Shown piece by piece: positions 1-10,580 of a stretch of 64,000 nt of DNA; the stretch's first letter is position 1; every line of letters starts with the position of its first letter. The notes beneath the pieces were generated by a model. The model was not told the origin of the DNA, searched no databases, and saw only the letters and a program-made list of their open reading frames with translations. Both the position numbers and the translations under genes were made by a program. Source of the DNA: a virus; IMG/VR virus record IMGVR_UViG_3300032242_000965, positions 24,101 through 88,100 of that record; one strand, given 5' to 3'.

Positions 1-603
1 ACCACCTTCAGCAATATGTCTTGCATAAACACGTGCTAGTCCTGGCTTAGTTGTTGGTGCTAAAAATCTTTCACCTAGTGCATTCTCAATAAAGATTTGA
101 TGAATGTTGCGGTAACGTTGTTCACCTTCTTCAATATTACGATTATGTTTAATGATAATCTTACACTCAGGGATGTTATCACTATAACTAGCCTTCTTAC
201 CCATTGGGTAATAGCCTTCTTCTAATTTTTTACTATGTTCTCTTTTAGCCATATCATATTCCAAGTTGTCCATATCATCTAATTCAAAACTCTTTGTTTT
301 ACCAAATGTCATTTGTCTTAGTGCAGGTATTAATTTATTCCATGTAACTTCACCGTGTTCGCTTTTACTAGGACTATTGCGTATAACGTCACTATAGAAC
401 ACTTTCATTTGACCCTCATTGTCTAAACTAATTGCGGCTGTACCGTAGTTTTCCCCGTCTAATTTAAACTGAAACTCAATAACTTCAGCCTCATCAGGAA
501 CACTTACCTCTTTACCATTTGTGGATTTAAGTATAGGATCATATCCATTACTTTTCAAGTAATTGTATATGTCGTTTTTAGTTTTGTCTTGGTTTTTTGC
601 CAT
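1..603 (-). CDS. Conserved jumbo-phage protein, truncated at window edge (MAKNQDKTKNDIYNYLKS...ARVYARHIAEGG)
   Basis: ATG at 603 and open frame to position 1; TAAATA motif upstream; lies downstream of terminase; absent from the ORF track because it has no stop in the window. Confidence 0.75.
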   Translation of the reverse strand, partial: MAKNQDKTKNDIYNYLKSNGYDPILKSTNGKEVSVPDEAEVIEFQFKLDGENYGTAAISLDNEGQMKVFYSDVIRNSPSKSEHGEVTWNKLIPALRQMTFGKTKSFELDDMDNLEYDMAKREHSKKLEEGYYPMGKKASYSDNIPECKIIIKHNRNIEEGEQRYRNIHQIFIENALGERFLAPTTKPGLARVYARHIAEGG

Positions 604-624
604 AATTTAGTCTCAATACTATAT

Positions 625-2172
625 TTATGCGAATACCGCAAAGAAGGGTAAGGGCATGATAATTTCTTGGTGATCTCTAATATGATTCTCTAAATCTACA
701 TTAAAATCACTTAATTGTTGCATAACTCTAACTGATAATAACGCAGCCATAACCAAATCGTCGGTTTCACCCAATTTAGCCTCATAACTAGCACCCTTAG
801 CAACAAAGGTCTTTAGTTCTGATACTAGACTTTTACTGTTAATTGTTAGTTTCTTACTTTCTAATAACGCTTTGAATTTAGCACAAGCTGCTAACTTACT
901 CTTGTTCGTAGTAGTGAATCCTTTGCGCTTTTTGCCCGGCTCACTAATGAAGTTACCTACAATGTTTTGCTCACCGTATTCAGCAAGTGACACTAATGCC
1001 GCTTCACCCACACTATTATTTTCGATACTATAATAGATATTTCTTGGTTCTGTTGTACAGTCAACTATGTACTTGTTTATTTGTGCTATTAACTTAACCT
1101 GACTTTGAATGTCGGTTTTATTATGCTTCCACTCACCTACTTGTGTAGTGGTGTTTGCTTCAAAGATTTGTATACCTGCTGGGTCACCACCTGTACCGAT
1201 ACTAGGATCTAGTGTGACAACATATATGTTACCCTTTTTAGGTGTCTTATACCAACGTATTTGTCCTTGGCGCAATATAGGCTCAGTACCTTCTAACTCA
1301 ATAAGTGTGCTAGGATTTATTAATGTTTCATCAGCAATAATGAATTCGCAATTCATCTCTCGGCGGAATCTATCTTCGCCAAGTTGAGAACGCATTTCAT
1401 CAGCCCACTTTTCATCACGTTCAGGATGAGCATGCCATGTTGCTTTATATGCTCTGAATCCGTTTACACCTAAATCAGTTGTGTTACCGAATTCATCTTC
1501 ACACTTGTTTGCACCCTTCCAAATCAATGCGAATTGGTCTTCGTCACTGTTTGGGGTTGAAGTGATAATTGCTTTACCACCAGTACTCAATGTAGGAGTA
1601 ATAGATGTCCAGAATTCTTGTGCAATAGTAGGTCTTACGAATGCAAACTCATCTAAGTATAATAATGAAATAGATAGACCACGACCTGTGTTTTCTGTTG
1701 TAGTAGCACTAACGATACGACTACCATTATCAAATGTTAAACTACCTTTGTTATAATCAACTGCGCCTGCTTTAATGTGGTCGGGGCAGTTCTCATACGC
1801 ATAGCGAACACGTTGCATAATCTCTTGTGCACCTGCATATTTGTGTGCGGCTATTAATACAGTACTATCTGGTACAAACATCGCATACCAAAGTAAGTAA
1901 CCTGCGGCACTAGTTGACTTACCTGTTTGTCGTGCCATTAAGTTAATGCTGAAACGATATTTGTGATATGTTTCAATTAAGCCACGTTGAAAGTCCCATG
2001 GGTGATAGTGCATACTACCACGTGTTGGGTGCTGAATCATAAAAAAGTTATCCATGAAGTATAGATAACCTGTGTCTGGGTCACAACACTTGATATAGTC
2101 TTCTAAATCCTTATCTGTCTTAAACTTAGTTTTCTTATAAGGAGTTTTAACTAGTGTTGGGGTGTCTGCCAT
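625..2172 (-). CDS. terL: Terminase large subunit (T4 gp17-like)
   Basis: Walker A ARQTGKS, Walker B LLYLDEFAF, coupling motif ITSTPN, RNase H-like nuclease residues (LDPS..., IENN, DDLVMA). Confidence 0.95.
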   Translation of the reverse strand: MADTPTLVKTPYKKTKFKTDKDLEDYIKCCDPDTGYLYFMDNFFMIQHPTRGSMHYHPWDFQRGLIETYHKYRFSINLMARQTGKSTSAAGYLLWYAMFVPDSTVLIAAHKYAGAQEIMQRVRYAYENCPDHIKAGAVDYNKGSLTFDNGSRIVSATTTENTGRGLSISLLYLDEFAFVRPTIAQEFWTSITPTLSTGGKAIITSTPNSDEDQFALIWKGANKCEDEFGNTTDLGVNGFRAYKATWHAHPERDEKWADEMRSQLGEDRFRREMNCEFIIADETLINPSTLIELEGTEPILRQGQIRWYKTPKKGNIYVVTLDPSIGTGGDPAGIQIFEANTTTQVGEWKHNKTDIQSQVKLIAQINKYIVDCTTEPRNIYYSIENNSVGEAALVSLAEYGEQNIVGNFISEPGKKRKGFTTTNKSKLAACAKFKALLESKKLTINSKSLVSELKTFVAKGASYEAKLGETDDLVMAALLSVRVMQQLSDFNVDLENHIRDHQEIIMPLPFFAVFA

Positions 2173-2173
2173 T

Positions 2174-3583
2174 TTATGCTACTGGAGTTACAGTTACAAT
2201 AACACTAGGACTTGCTGGCATAGCAAAAGGTGATGTTTGTGCGGCTTGTGCTACTAGTTTTATGTGACCAACATCAGGGTTAGAACCTACTAATGCCCAA
2301 TATACTTCAATATAATCATTTGCCGCCATTGAAGGTACTATTGTATCATTAGTAAACCATATATTTGTAGGATTATTGTTTAATGTTATACTATCTTGAC
2401 TGTATGCAATATCACTACCGTTCTTTCTAAACCATGTACTTAATACTACTGTTCCTCCACCGTTTTGGTATACACCTAATTGTGCCTTAACTGCATACGT
2501 ACCTGCCTTATTTACAATAATTCTACTATTAGATGTACCGGTACCTTTTGTTATACCTAAATTGGCAATAGTAGTATCAAACAATATCGGTGTTATAGTA
2601 CTAGCACTTGTAGTAATGTTTGCTGTATTACCAAAAGAACCATAATTGATTGCATTAACATTACCGGTAATATTAACATTACCTGTAACAGATAAGTCAC
2701 CATTAATTGTAGCACCACTAGTATTAAATGTAACTTGTTTTTGAATTGTATTTGAACCAGTTGGAGTTAGCCAAAATTCAATACGACTACCTTGATTAGT
2801 ACTAGTTTGATTTTCATCTGCAATCATATCCATTCGTGTTGTAGAGATTGCAGGCCATCCGCCAGTTGCATATGGTGTAGCACCATAACGACTAATAACA
2901 TCATTGTTTAATAACTGACTTGGGCTTGCACTAGTACCATTATAATGACGACCAATAACAGCCGCATAATTGTTAGTACCTACACCATCAATATAAACTC
3001 TTGCAGGATTAGTAGTTTGACCAGTTATACTTAACATGACACCTGGATTCTGTGGTGTTATGCTAGTACCATCAGCAGTAATTGAAATAACCCCGCTAGT
3101 TGCTGAGCCGCCGGTGTTACTAGTAACTACTAAATTACCTTTAACACTTGCTTTGTTATTTGTAACTTGAAATACGTTACTTACTCCAGTAACAGATAAA
3201 TTAATATTACCGCTAGGTGCTAATGTTAGTGCTGTACTTCCTGATATTAAGTTTGCTTGTAATCCTGCTGTACCGTTAAGTTGTAATATACCATTCGTTA
3301 CTGTTAACACCCCTACATTAGCACTATTAGCAGTATCTTCCATACGAATACTATTTGGACCCATATACAAGTCAGCCCATTTCTTAGTAGGTGTGCCTAA
3401 TGTATATGCGCTACTAGCTGTAGGGATAATATTTCCAGTAATATTCATATCAGTGCTAGTGATATAATTCTTTATAACTGTTCCATTTGCAGTTTGTGTT
3501 AAGCCGGTATCGTCTACTAAAAAGATTGTAGTACTTGATACTGCATTTATTACTGGTAATTCTGTTAATTTTTTATTTGCCAT
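2174..3583 (-). CDS. Fibre/adhesin-like virion protein with C-terminal C1q/BclA-like jelly-roll domain
   Basis: N-terminal MANKKLTELP motif; T/N/G/S-rich beta repeats; C-terminal SRIIVNKAGTY...DYIEVYW. Confidence 0.7.
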   Translation of the reverse strand: MANKKLTELPVINAVSSTTIFLVDDTGLTQTANGTVIKNYITSTDMNITGNIIPTASSAYTLGTPTKKWADLYMGPNSIRMEDTANSANVGVLTVTNGILQLNGTAGLQANLISGSTALTLAPSGNINLSVTGVSNVFQVTNNKASVKGNLVVTSNTGGSATSGVISITADGTSITPQNPGVMLSITGQTTNPARVYIDGVGTNNYAAVIGRHYNGTSASPSQLLNNDVISRYGATPYATGGWPAISTTRMDMIADENQTSTNQGSRIEFWLTPTGSNTIQKQVTFNTSGATINGDLSVTGNVNITGNVNAINYGSFGNTANITTSASTITPILFDTTIANLGITKGTGTSNSRIIVNKAGTYAVKAQLGVYQNGGGTVVLSTWFRKNGSDIAYSQDSITLNNNPTNIWFTNDTIVPSMAANDYIEVYWALVGSNPDVGHIKLVAQAAQTSPFAMPASPSVIVTVTPVA

Positions 3584-3584
3584 A

Positions 3585-3737
3585 TTATTCTACTATTAAT
3601 TGATTTCCGTTATCATCTGTTAAAAACTCACCCGCATCTGTGATTAACAAATCATTGTTATATACTTCAGCCATGCTTATGGTAATGCCAGGAGTACTGC
3701 TAATACCAGGTTCGATTACTAAATATGTTCCACTCAT
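3585..3737 (-). CDS. 50-aa protein MSGTYLVIEPG...LLITDAGEFLTDDNGNQLIVE (not in ORF track)
   Basis: ATG 3737 to TAA 3585; TATAAATA 4 nt upstream; fills the gap exactly; resembles 9811..9981. Confidence 0.7.
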   Translation of the reverse strand: MSGTYLVIEPGISSTPGITISMAEVYNNDLLITDAGEFLTDDNGNQLIVE

Positions 3738-3794
3738 GCTTTATTTATATCCCAATTATTCTTATTTTTAATAACTTATATCTTTTAATTTCTG

Positions 3795-6700
3795 TTATAC
3801 CGTCTTGATTCCAAATACTGCCCAGTTATAACCATCACTCCATACATCCCAATATTGTGTAGTAGCTTGTGCTAACACTTTGGTACTTGCAGAACTACCG
3901 CTTGGACCATAGAAGTTACCTGCTGGTGTACTTAATGTAATGTTTTGTGAAGTATTTTGCCAGAATCTATAACCTATACCTGAGTTAGCAGCCTGTGTTG
4001 GGTCTGGTAGTGTAACAGTATATGTACCTGAACCAGCAAATTCAATAAATCCACTAGCATCTGCCACTGTCAATGTAGTAGTTGTAGTAAGCACTCTTGC
4101 ACTCTTTCGTATGCCACCAGTAACAGTCAAGTTGCCACCAACTGTGACATTACCAGTTGTAGTCATTGTATCAAGTGTGTTGAGGGCAAAGGCTTGGTTA
4201 ATCTGTGTAACTGTGGCCCAACTGTAGTTGGCTATCACACTTGCGTATTGACCATTAACATTTCGTAACACAATAGTTTGATTAGTATTTGGTGTATATA
4301 CTATTGATAATGGCACTGAACTAACTTGAGTGGTGGCTAAAGTAGCAAATCCCAGTGCTGTGGATAACGCAGTTCCTGAAACAGAGTCAACCCACTGGTA
4401 TCCTAAATAATTTGAAGCACCAGTGACAGCCAATACCGCAGTTAGGTTATAAGTAACACCAGAAGTTAAAGTCCATACGCCAGTTGAAGTATTGTACGGC
4501 ACAGTACCTGTGGCACTTTGAAATACAATATTAGTCGGTGTTCCTGGACTGCCAATGACCTGATTTGATGTCAAAGTCACGCTACTGTATTGATTGTTGA
4601 CCGTGCCAGTAGCAGTGGCTTGAATTGCTATTTTAGGATTAAGTTGTTTGATTGTAGCTCTGGTTCCAATTGCTAAAACTGTACAAGTCCCGCTGCCGTC
4701 TGTGGCTCTTAGTTTTACTGTTTGATTAGTATTAGGAGTATAGATAAGTCTAGCACTACTTGAATAATTGTCATTTGCTGTCCAAGTTGCAGGAACAGAT
4801 ACACCAGAACTACCTGTGCTAGTTGCGGCACCGTTTGATGTATCAAGTTGAGCATTGGTTGTAGCATCTACCCAACTATACCAAATAAATGCACCGGTAG
4901 AAGTAAAAGTATTAGTACACAATGTTGCCTCTAATAGATATGTTTTACCTGCGGTTAGTGTGAAGATATTGCTGGCGTATGCGATACCACCATTTGTCGC
5001 AGTTGTTACATTGAAATTAATATCAGCATTTTTAGCAACAAAAGTTTGGTCTGCTGATTTTTCAACCTGTATGTAATCTGGATTCACTGTACCATAAGTT
5101 GTTGGCTGACCGTTGACGATAACATTACCAGCGTAGACATTGCCTTGCCCACTACTACCAGCAATCAAGTTAGCACCAGTAATGTTGCCAGTAGCAGTGA
5201 GATCGCCGCTGGTGGTGTTAATTGTCACCCGTGCTGTAGCATCTAATGTTGGAGAGAACACAATGTTGCCTGTACTACCAGCTGTGCCATTACCAGTCTG
5301 AATATAACTAGTAGTGCCGGCAGTGACAATTCTAGTCTTAGTAGCTGTAGCATTGGCTATGTTGCCTAATGTCAATGCACCATATCCTGCAATCTCTGCG
5401 TTAGAAGTTAAGTTACCACCAGTGATTGTGCCTGTTACATTTAAACTAGTTAATGTACCTGTGCTTGTAATGTTAGGTTGTGTATTTGTATATACAGTAC
5501 CTGCTATTGTTGCATTACCCACTTGACCTGTTACATTCGCACCGGTAATACTAGTCAATCCACTACCAGTGCCTGTTGTTTGTAGATAACTAGTTGCAAC
5601 AACACCACCTAAGTAATTTGCATTGTTTGCATTTGCTACCCATCCGGTTACATTTGCACCAGTGATAGAACTTAATAATGATCCATTACCTGAATGATAA
5701 TTAGCAACTAACAGATTACCTAAACTAGCATTACCTGATGTTAGGTTGCCAGTATAAGTTGGTAGATAAGCAGAAGTATTTGAGTTACTATAGAATGTAT
5801 CAGTAATACCATATCCACTTATTGTTGTTGGTTTACTTGATATATTAGTCCAAGTAACAGCATTTGCTGTATTAGCCCAATTAGAAGTAATTGCATAGTT
5901 GACATTACCGGATACATTGGTACCAGTTATTGCATTTGCTGTATTAGCCCAATTAGAAGTAATTGCATAATTCACATTACCACTAACATTAGTACCAGTT
6001 ATTGAGTTGGCAACATTAGACCAGTTACTTGTTATTGCATAATTGACATTACCGGATACATTACCGCCGGTGATACTAGTCAATAAACTACCGTTACCGC
6101 TAAAATAATTACTCTTTGTCAGATTACCTAGGTTTGCATTACCTGATGTTAAATTACCAGTGAACGCAGCCATTGCAGTATTTGCTCTGTCTGTAGTATA
6201 ATATAGGTTAGTACCTTCAGTCAAATTAGTTGTAGTCTTTACGGCTAGTCTGGCGTCGAATGCAGTATTGGATCTTACATCTGTATAGTATAAGTTTGTA
6301 CCTTCACTTATATCTGTTGTACTTAATGTAACTGCACCTGTTTTAGTATTAACACTTGTAACACCACCTGTAACAGTAATAACGCCAGTTGTATTATCAT
6401 AACTACCGCTACCAGTTACACTTATCGCAGTTCTTGCTCTAGCATTTGTAAAGTATTTGTTAGTGCTACCTTCAGTTACATTGTCTGTTGTCTTGATTGC
6501 TAATCTATTGTCAAATGCGGTATTAGCCCTGTCTGTAGTAAAATATAAATTAGTAGATCCCTCAATAAGATTATCGGTTGTTTTTGCAGACAATCTATTA
6601 TCAAAAGCAGTATTTGCTCTTGCAGTTGTAAAATATAAATTAGTGCCTTCAGTTAATTCTGTAGTATTGATTGGTATATTGATATATGTGCCACCATCAC

Positions 6701-7064
6701 GTGTTTGTTCCCACTTTTGTGTTGATTCATTCCAACGCAATGCGGTGTTTGAACTAGATCCTCTACCAACGACTATACTGGCGTTTAAGGTAGGTGTACC
6801 AGTAGCACCACTGTTTAATGTTATTTTATTATCTGTGATGTTTTGAACACTAGTATTAGTAATTGTTTCAGTGCCTGTAACGTGTAAGTTATGAAAGGTA
6901 ACATCACTTGTAGTATCCAAACTTTGATTAGGTTTACCGGTAACATTGGCATATGCTACTGTATTTGCAGTATTGGCAATATTAGCAATAACTGCATTAC
7001 TTACAGTAACGTTTGAAGTACCTGTTGCTTTTGGTACTAATTTATAATCTGATAAATCTGACAT
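3795..7064 (-). CDS. Long tail-fibre-like protein with several internal repeat blocks
   Basis: TTxxxxEGxxNLYFTxxRA repeats, 24-aa GNVNYAITSNWAN repeats, a duplicated jelly-roll-like domain, C-terminal T4 gp34-like TVTLP...WSDGYNW domain. Confidence 0.8.
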   Translation of the reverse strand: MSDLSDYKLVPKATGTSNVTVSNAVIANIANTANTVAYANVTGKPNQSLDTTSDVTFHNLHVTGTETITNTSVQNITDNKITLNSGATGTPTLNASIVVGRGSSSNTALRWNESTQKWEQTRDGGTYINIPINTTELTEGTNLYFTTARANTAFDNRLSAKTTDNLIEGSTNLYFTTDRANTAFDNRLAIKTTDNVTEGSTNKYFTNARARTAISVTGSGSYDNTTGVITVTGGVTSVNTKTGAVTLSTTDISEGTNLYYTDVRSNTAFDARLAVKTTTNLTEGTNLYYTTDRANTAMAAFTGNLTSGNANLGNLTKSNYFSGNGSLLTSITGGNVSGNVNYAITSNWSNVANSITGTNVSGNVNYAITSNWANTANAITGTNVSGNVNYAITSNWANTANAVTWTNISSKPTTISGYGITDTFYSNSNTSAYLPTYTGNLTSGNASLGNLLVANYHSGNGSLLSSITGANVTGWVANANNANYLGGVVATSYLQTTGTGSGLTSITGANVTGQVGNATIAGTVYTNTQPNITSTGTLTSLNVTGTITGGNLTSNAEIAGYGALTLGNIANATATKTRIVTAGTTSYIQTGNGTAGSTGNIVFSPTLDATARVTINTTSGDLTATGNITGANLIAGSSGQGNVYAGNVIVNGQPTTYGTVNPDYIQVEKSADQTFVAKNADINFNVTTATNGGIAYASNIFTLTAGKTYLLEATLCTNTFTSTGAFIWYSWVDATTNAQLDTSNGAATSTGSSGVSVPATWTANDNYSSSARLIYTPNTNQTVKLRATDGSGTCTVLAIGTRATIKQLNPKIAIQATATGTVNNQYSSVTLTSNQVIGSPGTPTNIVFQSATGTVPYNTSTGVWTLTSGVTYNLTAVLAVTGASNYLGYQWVDSVSGTALSTALGFATLATTQVSSVPLSIVYTPNTNQTIVLRNVNGQYASVIANYSWATVTQINQAFALNTLDTMTTTGNVTVGGNLTVTGGIRKSARVLTTTTTLTVADASGFIEFAGSGTYTVTLPDPTQAANSGIGYRFWQNTSQNITLSTPAGNFYGPSGSSASTKVLAQATTQYWDVWSDGYNWAVFGIKTV
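5862..6063. repeat. About 3 x 72-bp tandem coding repeat (VSGNVNYAITSNWANTANAITGTN)
   Basis: Near-identical units starting near 5862, 5934 and 6006. Confidence 0.85.
6180..6670. repeat. Five degenerate copies of T(T/D)xxxEGx(x)NLY(F/Y)TxxRA fibre repeat
   Basis: Visible in the translation of 3795..7064. Confidence 0.8.
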
Positions 7065-7082
7065 TCCCTATTCCTTATTTTA

Positions 7083-9809
7083 TCAATAAACTCTCCATGT
7101 AGTGCCGTTATAGAACAATCCAAAACTTTGATTGTCAACACTTACTGTCATATCACTTGCTGATCCCATAATTGTTTTACCGTTTCTAGCAATTACTAAA
7201 TTGTGCGTAGAATAAGAACCCCCGGCGCATGCAAAATATATTGCATCACCCGTTGATGGACTTGATGGTAATGTTGCTGTTACTATGTTTGATGTTGTAT
7301 CAACTCCATATCTTCCACCAACAGTTGCACTAAAGTCTGTTGATTTAATATCGAAAGGTAATTCAACTTTTATTACAGGCTTATTGTTATTATCTAAAAT
7401 ATTACCATCTGCAGGTAATGTTAGATTACCGTTTTGTTCAAAGATCCATATATTTTTACTACCAGTTGGATGATTAAAATTAGTAGTCAATTCTACTGCT
7501 TCAGAACCAATAATAAGTTGTGTAGTCTTTTGACCAACATTACTGTCGTAATTTACAAATGATAACCCTGTACCACCACCTGTTGTTGTATTATAAACTT
7601 CAAAGTTTAAGTCGTTACCTTCTTCTGCAACAACATCACCGGGAACAGTTAGTGTACCGTTATTATCAAATTGCCAAGTATGTTCAATACCACTAACTGA
7701 CCCGCCATCATAAACCTTGATGTTTGCACCGGTCGTTGTTGCATCAATAGTAGTAAAAACATTGGGTTCGTTTTGATTACTTACTGATTGTAAACGTGCC
7801 TTAGAACTATAACCGGCACTCATGGATTGTATTACTAAATCAGTATTATATCCTCTTATTATAGAATTATCCGGTGTTTGTAATGTTTGATTATTAAACT
7901 GCCAAGCATAATATGAACCTTGAATATCTGTTTCTATCTTAAAATTATAATTATTAAGACTTGTTCTTGTTAATACATTATTGCTACCATCAACTATAGT
8001 TTGACGAACTTCATTTCCGTTACCGATTGGATCAACTGCTGTAATAGTAACATTGTTTTCTGACTTGCCGTATATGATTCCATCAGTAGCAAAGTTCCAT
8101 ATCATGTTATCATTGTCTACTCCGATAACTACATTACCACCTGAACTTGTAACATTAGCATAACTAGTACCATTGGTAATTAAGTTAGTGTTGGCACTAA
8201 CACCACTACTACCATATAAACTACCAGTTACCCCAATACCATCACCATCAAAGCCACTGCTACTGTGACTGCTACCATATCCACCCTGTCCACTAGTACT
8301 AATAGTATTGAAATTAGCATTTGTAACAAAGAAGCCAAAAATTCCATCTTGATAAGTTACAACATACTCACCGCCGCCTACCTCACTTGAACTAGATACT
8401 ACGTCACCATTGTTATAAGATATCTCATTTGCTATGTTAGTGTTGATATAATTAGCACTATCATATTCATCATTTCCGCCGTCATTAATATAATTGCTTG
8501 GCCAATTACTTCCATCAAAGAATTCAAAGTTTGTTTTTACACTAGGAATGATTGACTTAAAGTTATCAAAGTTGTTATAGAACAAAGATTTCATAGTGGC
8601 TATATCATTATAAGAATAACTGCCTGGTGTATTACCGTCTATGATAACATTGTCAATAACAGATTCTACAAATTCTCTTAACGCAACTGTAGAAGTCTGT
8701 GTAACATTATCACTAATGACAACTAACATTACTACAATATCGCTACCTGCTAGGCCCGTTACTTGGAAATCATCACTACTTGTTGATGTATCAATAGTAC
8801 TTGTAGGTGTAACGGTATCTTTATAAATTACTAGTTTGTTAATTGGACCATTAGGATCACTGTAGTTATCATACATACTACCATAATGCGCTCTAAAGCC
8901 CTTATATGGTTCTAGTAATGTTGATCCGCCACCGCCTCCAGCTAATAAATCAGTGCCTGATGTGTCTCTGATTGTTTTGCCTATAGGTAATATTAGATCA
9001 CCGTCATGACCAAACTTCCAACGATGCCCAGTACCCGGTATATCATCGGGAATATTATCATTAGTTCCAATAGTTATATCACCGTCAGTTGTTGTACGAA
9101 CATACTGTGAATCATTACCTACAAACAAACTTGTTATTTGTAAATTACCAGTAGTCAGATGTAAGTGGTTGCCTTCACCACCGGCATTTGTTGGATATAC
9201 TACTAATTTTTGATTAGCATCACTGCCGTCAGCCGGAGTTAACACTATTGCCGTACCAACACCACTTGGGCTAGTAGTTTCATTAATAGTACTACCTGTA
9301 GGTAGATTTAAGTTACCATCTTTATTAAATGTCCAAGTAGAAGTAGTACCACTTCCATAAGAATTAGCAGTTTGTAATCTAATATTACCGTCGATGGTTA
9401 TCACTTCAAAGTCACTAACTTCCTGTGGTGTAATATTAAATGTTTTATGACCTGCATTATCTGTTGTTTGAGAAATGTTGGCACCATTTGCTAATTCTAA
9501 AACAGCATCATCATGGAAAGTCCATCGATATCCATTGACTTGAACAGCCGCATTACCATTTTCTACCCAAATATAACTATCATTGCTTTCTAATTCAACA
9601 TAGTTACTACCTACGATATTAACAATATTATTACTGGATCCGATATTATCACCATTGAATGTAATATTGCCGGTGTCAATACCGCCTGCATAGTTTTTAA
9701 GTTGAAGTGCAGTTATTTTGTAATTATTGCCACTGTCTATTACTGGAAGTTCTGTACTATCTACTATACTAGATAGTGAACTCATTTGTGATATTTTTAT
9801 ATTTGCCAT
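7083..9809 (-). CDS. Fibre-like virion protein
   Basis: N-terminal MANIKISQM motif; about 7 WxFxxxGxLxLP repeats; C-terminal gp34-like VDTT...TLPSSPSTGD...YNGTTWRV domain. Confidence 0.75.
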   Translation of the reverse strand: MANIKISQMSSLSSIVDSTELPVIDSGNNYKITALQLKNYAGGIDTGNITFNGDNIGSSNNIVNIVGSNYVELESNDSYIWVENGNAAVQVNGYRWTFHDDAVLELANGANISQTTDNAGHKTFNITPQEVSDFEVITIDGNIRLQTANSYGSGTTSTWTFNKDGNLNLPTGSTINETTSPSGVGTAIVLTPADGSDANQKLVVYPTNAGGEGNHLHLTTGNLQITSLFVGNDSQYVRTTTDGDITIGTNDNIPDDIPGTGHRWKFGHDGDLILPIGKTIRDTSGTDLLAGGGGGSTLLEPYKGFRAHYGSMYDNYSDPNGPINKLVIYKDTVTPTSTIDTSTSSDDFQVTGLAGSDIVVMLVVISDNVTQTSTVALREFVESVIDNVIIDGNTPGSYSYNDIATMKSLFYNNFDNFKSIIPSVKTNFEFFDGSNWPSNYINDGGNDEYDSANYINTNIANEISYNNGDVVSSSSEVGGGEYVVTYQDGIFGFFVTNANFNTISTSGQGGYGSSHSSSGFDGDGIGVTGSLYGSSGVSANTNLITNGTSYANVTSSGGNVVIGVDNDNMIWNFATDGIIYGKSENNVTITAVDPIGNGNEVRQTIVDGSNNVLTRTSLNNYNFKIETDIQGSYYAWQFNNQTLQTPDNSIIRGYNTDLVIQSMSAGYSSKARLQSVSNQNEPNVFTTIDATTTGANIKVYDGGSVSGIEHTWQFDNNGTLTVPGDVVAEEGNDLNFEVYNTTTGGGTGLSFVNYDSNVGQKTTQLIIGSEAVELTTNFNHPTGSKNIWIFEQNGNLTLPADGNILDNNNKPVIKVELPFDIKSTDFSATVGGRYGVDTTSNIVTATLPSSPSTGDAIYFACAGGSYSTHNLVIARNGKTIMGSASDMTVSVDNQSFGLFYNGTTWRVY

Positions 9810-9810
9810 G

Positions 9811-9981
9811 TTAATTTTCCGTTACGAATCCATATTGGTCATCTTCAGTAGTAATTATATTATTTGTCTCATCTAAAATATAGTTGGAATAAACCGGTGG
9901 GTTGAAGATATCATAATTTAGTAATTGCATACCGCCGGATAATTTAACCCCGTTCAATACTAAAAGTGTACCGGAACTCAT
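9811..9981 (-). CDS. 56-aa protein MSSGTLLVLNG...YILDETNNIITTEDDQYGFVTEN (not in ORF track)
   Basis: ATG 9981 to TAA 9811; 1-nt gaps to both neighbours; resembles 3585..3737. Confidence 0.7.
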   Translation of the reverse strand: MSSGTLLVLNGVKLSGGMQLLNYDIFNPPVYSNYILDETNNIITTEDDQYGFVTEN

Positions 9982-9982
9982 T

Positions 9983-10282
9983 TTATTTTTCCGTGTCCAT
10001 TATAACGATAGTCATTGTTCCATCTGACGCTTGATGTGTCATACCGGCTACCTTCCATCCCGGAGTAGTTTCAAAGATATATGCTTCACTACCTGGCATT
10101 GCAAAGCTAGCAATATTTGCAGTTGGATTAGTCCCGAATTGTAACCAATGATGGTCACCTGTCAATGTTATAAGAACTTTACGTGCATTGATTGCCGTTG
10201 ATTGTCTTGAACTTGTAGTAGTTGCAACTGTCTGCCATCTTGGTGCGCCGTTACTAAAGTATAGAGGTATTTTGTGATCCAT
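9983..10282 (-). CDS. Hypothetical protein, possibly a small beta-sandwich virion protein
   Basis: ORF track; tight packing with neighbours. Confidence 0.6.
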   Translation of the reverse strand: MDHKIPLYFSNGAPRWQTVATTTSSRQSTAINARKVLITLTGDHHWLQFGTNPTANIASFAMPGSEAYIFETTPGWKVAGMTHQASDGTMTIVIMDTEK

Positions 10283-10283
10283 G

Positions 10284-10565
10284 TTATTTTCCTATTGGCT
10301 TTTCGCCGGTTAAGTATGGTCTACTAAACCATAGTTGAAACCATTCTTTGGTTCCGGGTTGTATGTTGTTTTTCTTCATCAACAAACCCTTTTCGTTTCC
10401 AGTAATACTTATATTACTTTCTTCCCCTATCACCTGACTAGTAATTCCGCTAAGTTTTTTTAAGTCTTCTAGGGTTGTGTCTAGGTTCTCTTGATGTGAC
10501 GGAATGGATTTAAGTTTATTAAATCCATTCATAAGTTGTTTTTGCTTATATACATCAAAGGACAT
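10284..10565 (-). CDS. Hypothetical phage protein (IQPGTKEWFQLWFSRP motif)
   Basis: ORF track; TAAATA 4 nt upstream. Confidence 0.7.
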   Translation of the reverse strand: MSFDVYKQKQLMNGFNKLKSIPSHQENLDTTLEDLKKLSGITSQVIGEESNISITGNEKGLLMKKNNIQPGTKEWFQLWFSRPYLTGEKPIGK

Positions 10566-10580
10566 GATGTATTTATCTGA

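Noticed and set aside
625-2172. Intein or intron in terminase
   Set aside because: The protein is of normal length with contiguous motifs
5862-6670. CRISPR-like array
   Set aside because: The repeats are in-frame coding repeats without unique spacers
2174-9809. Diversity-generating retroelement or invertible fibre cassette
   Set aside because: No reverse transcriptase, recombinase, TR/VR pair or flanking inverted repeats were seen
3581-9813. Programmed +1 frameshift fusing mini-genes to fibres at TAA-N-ATG
   Set aside because: The same 1-nt spacing occurs at many unrelated junctions (2172, 9981, 10282, 11716, 26167, 27007), so it is better explained as ordinary translational coupling
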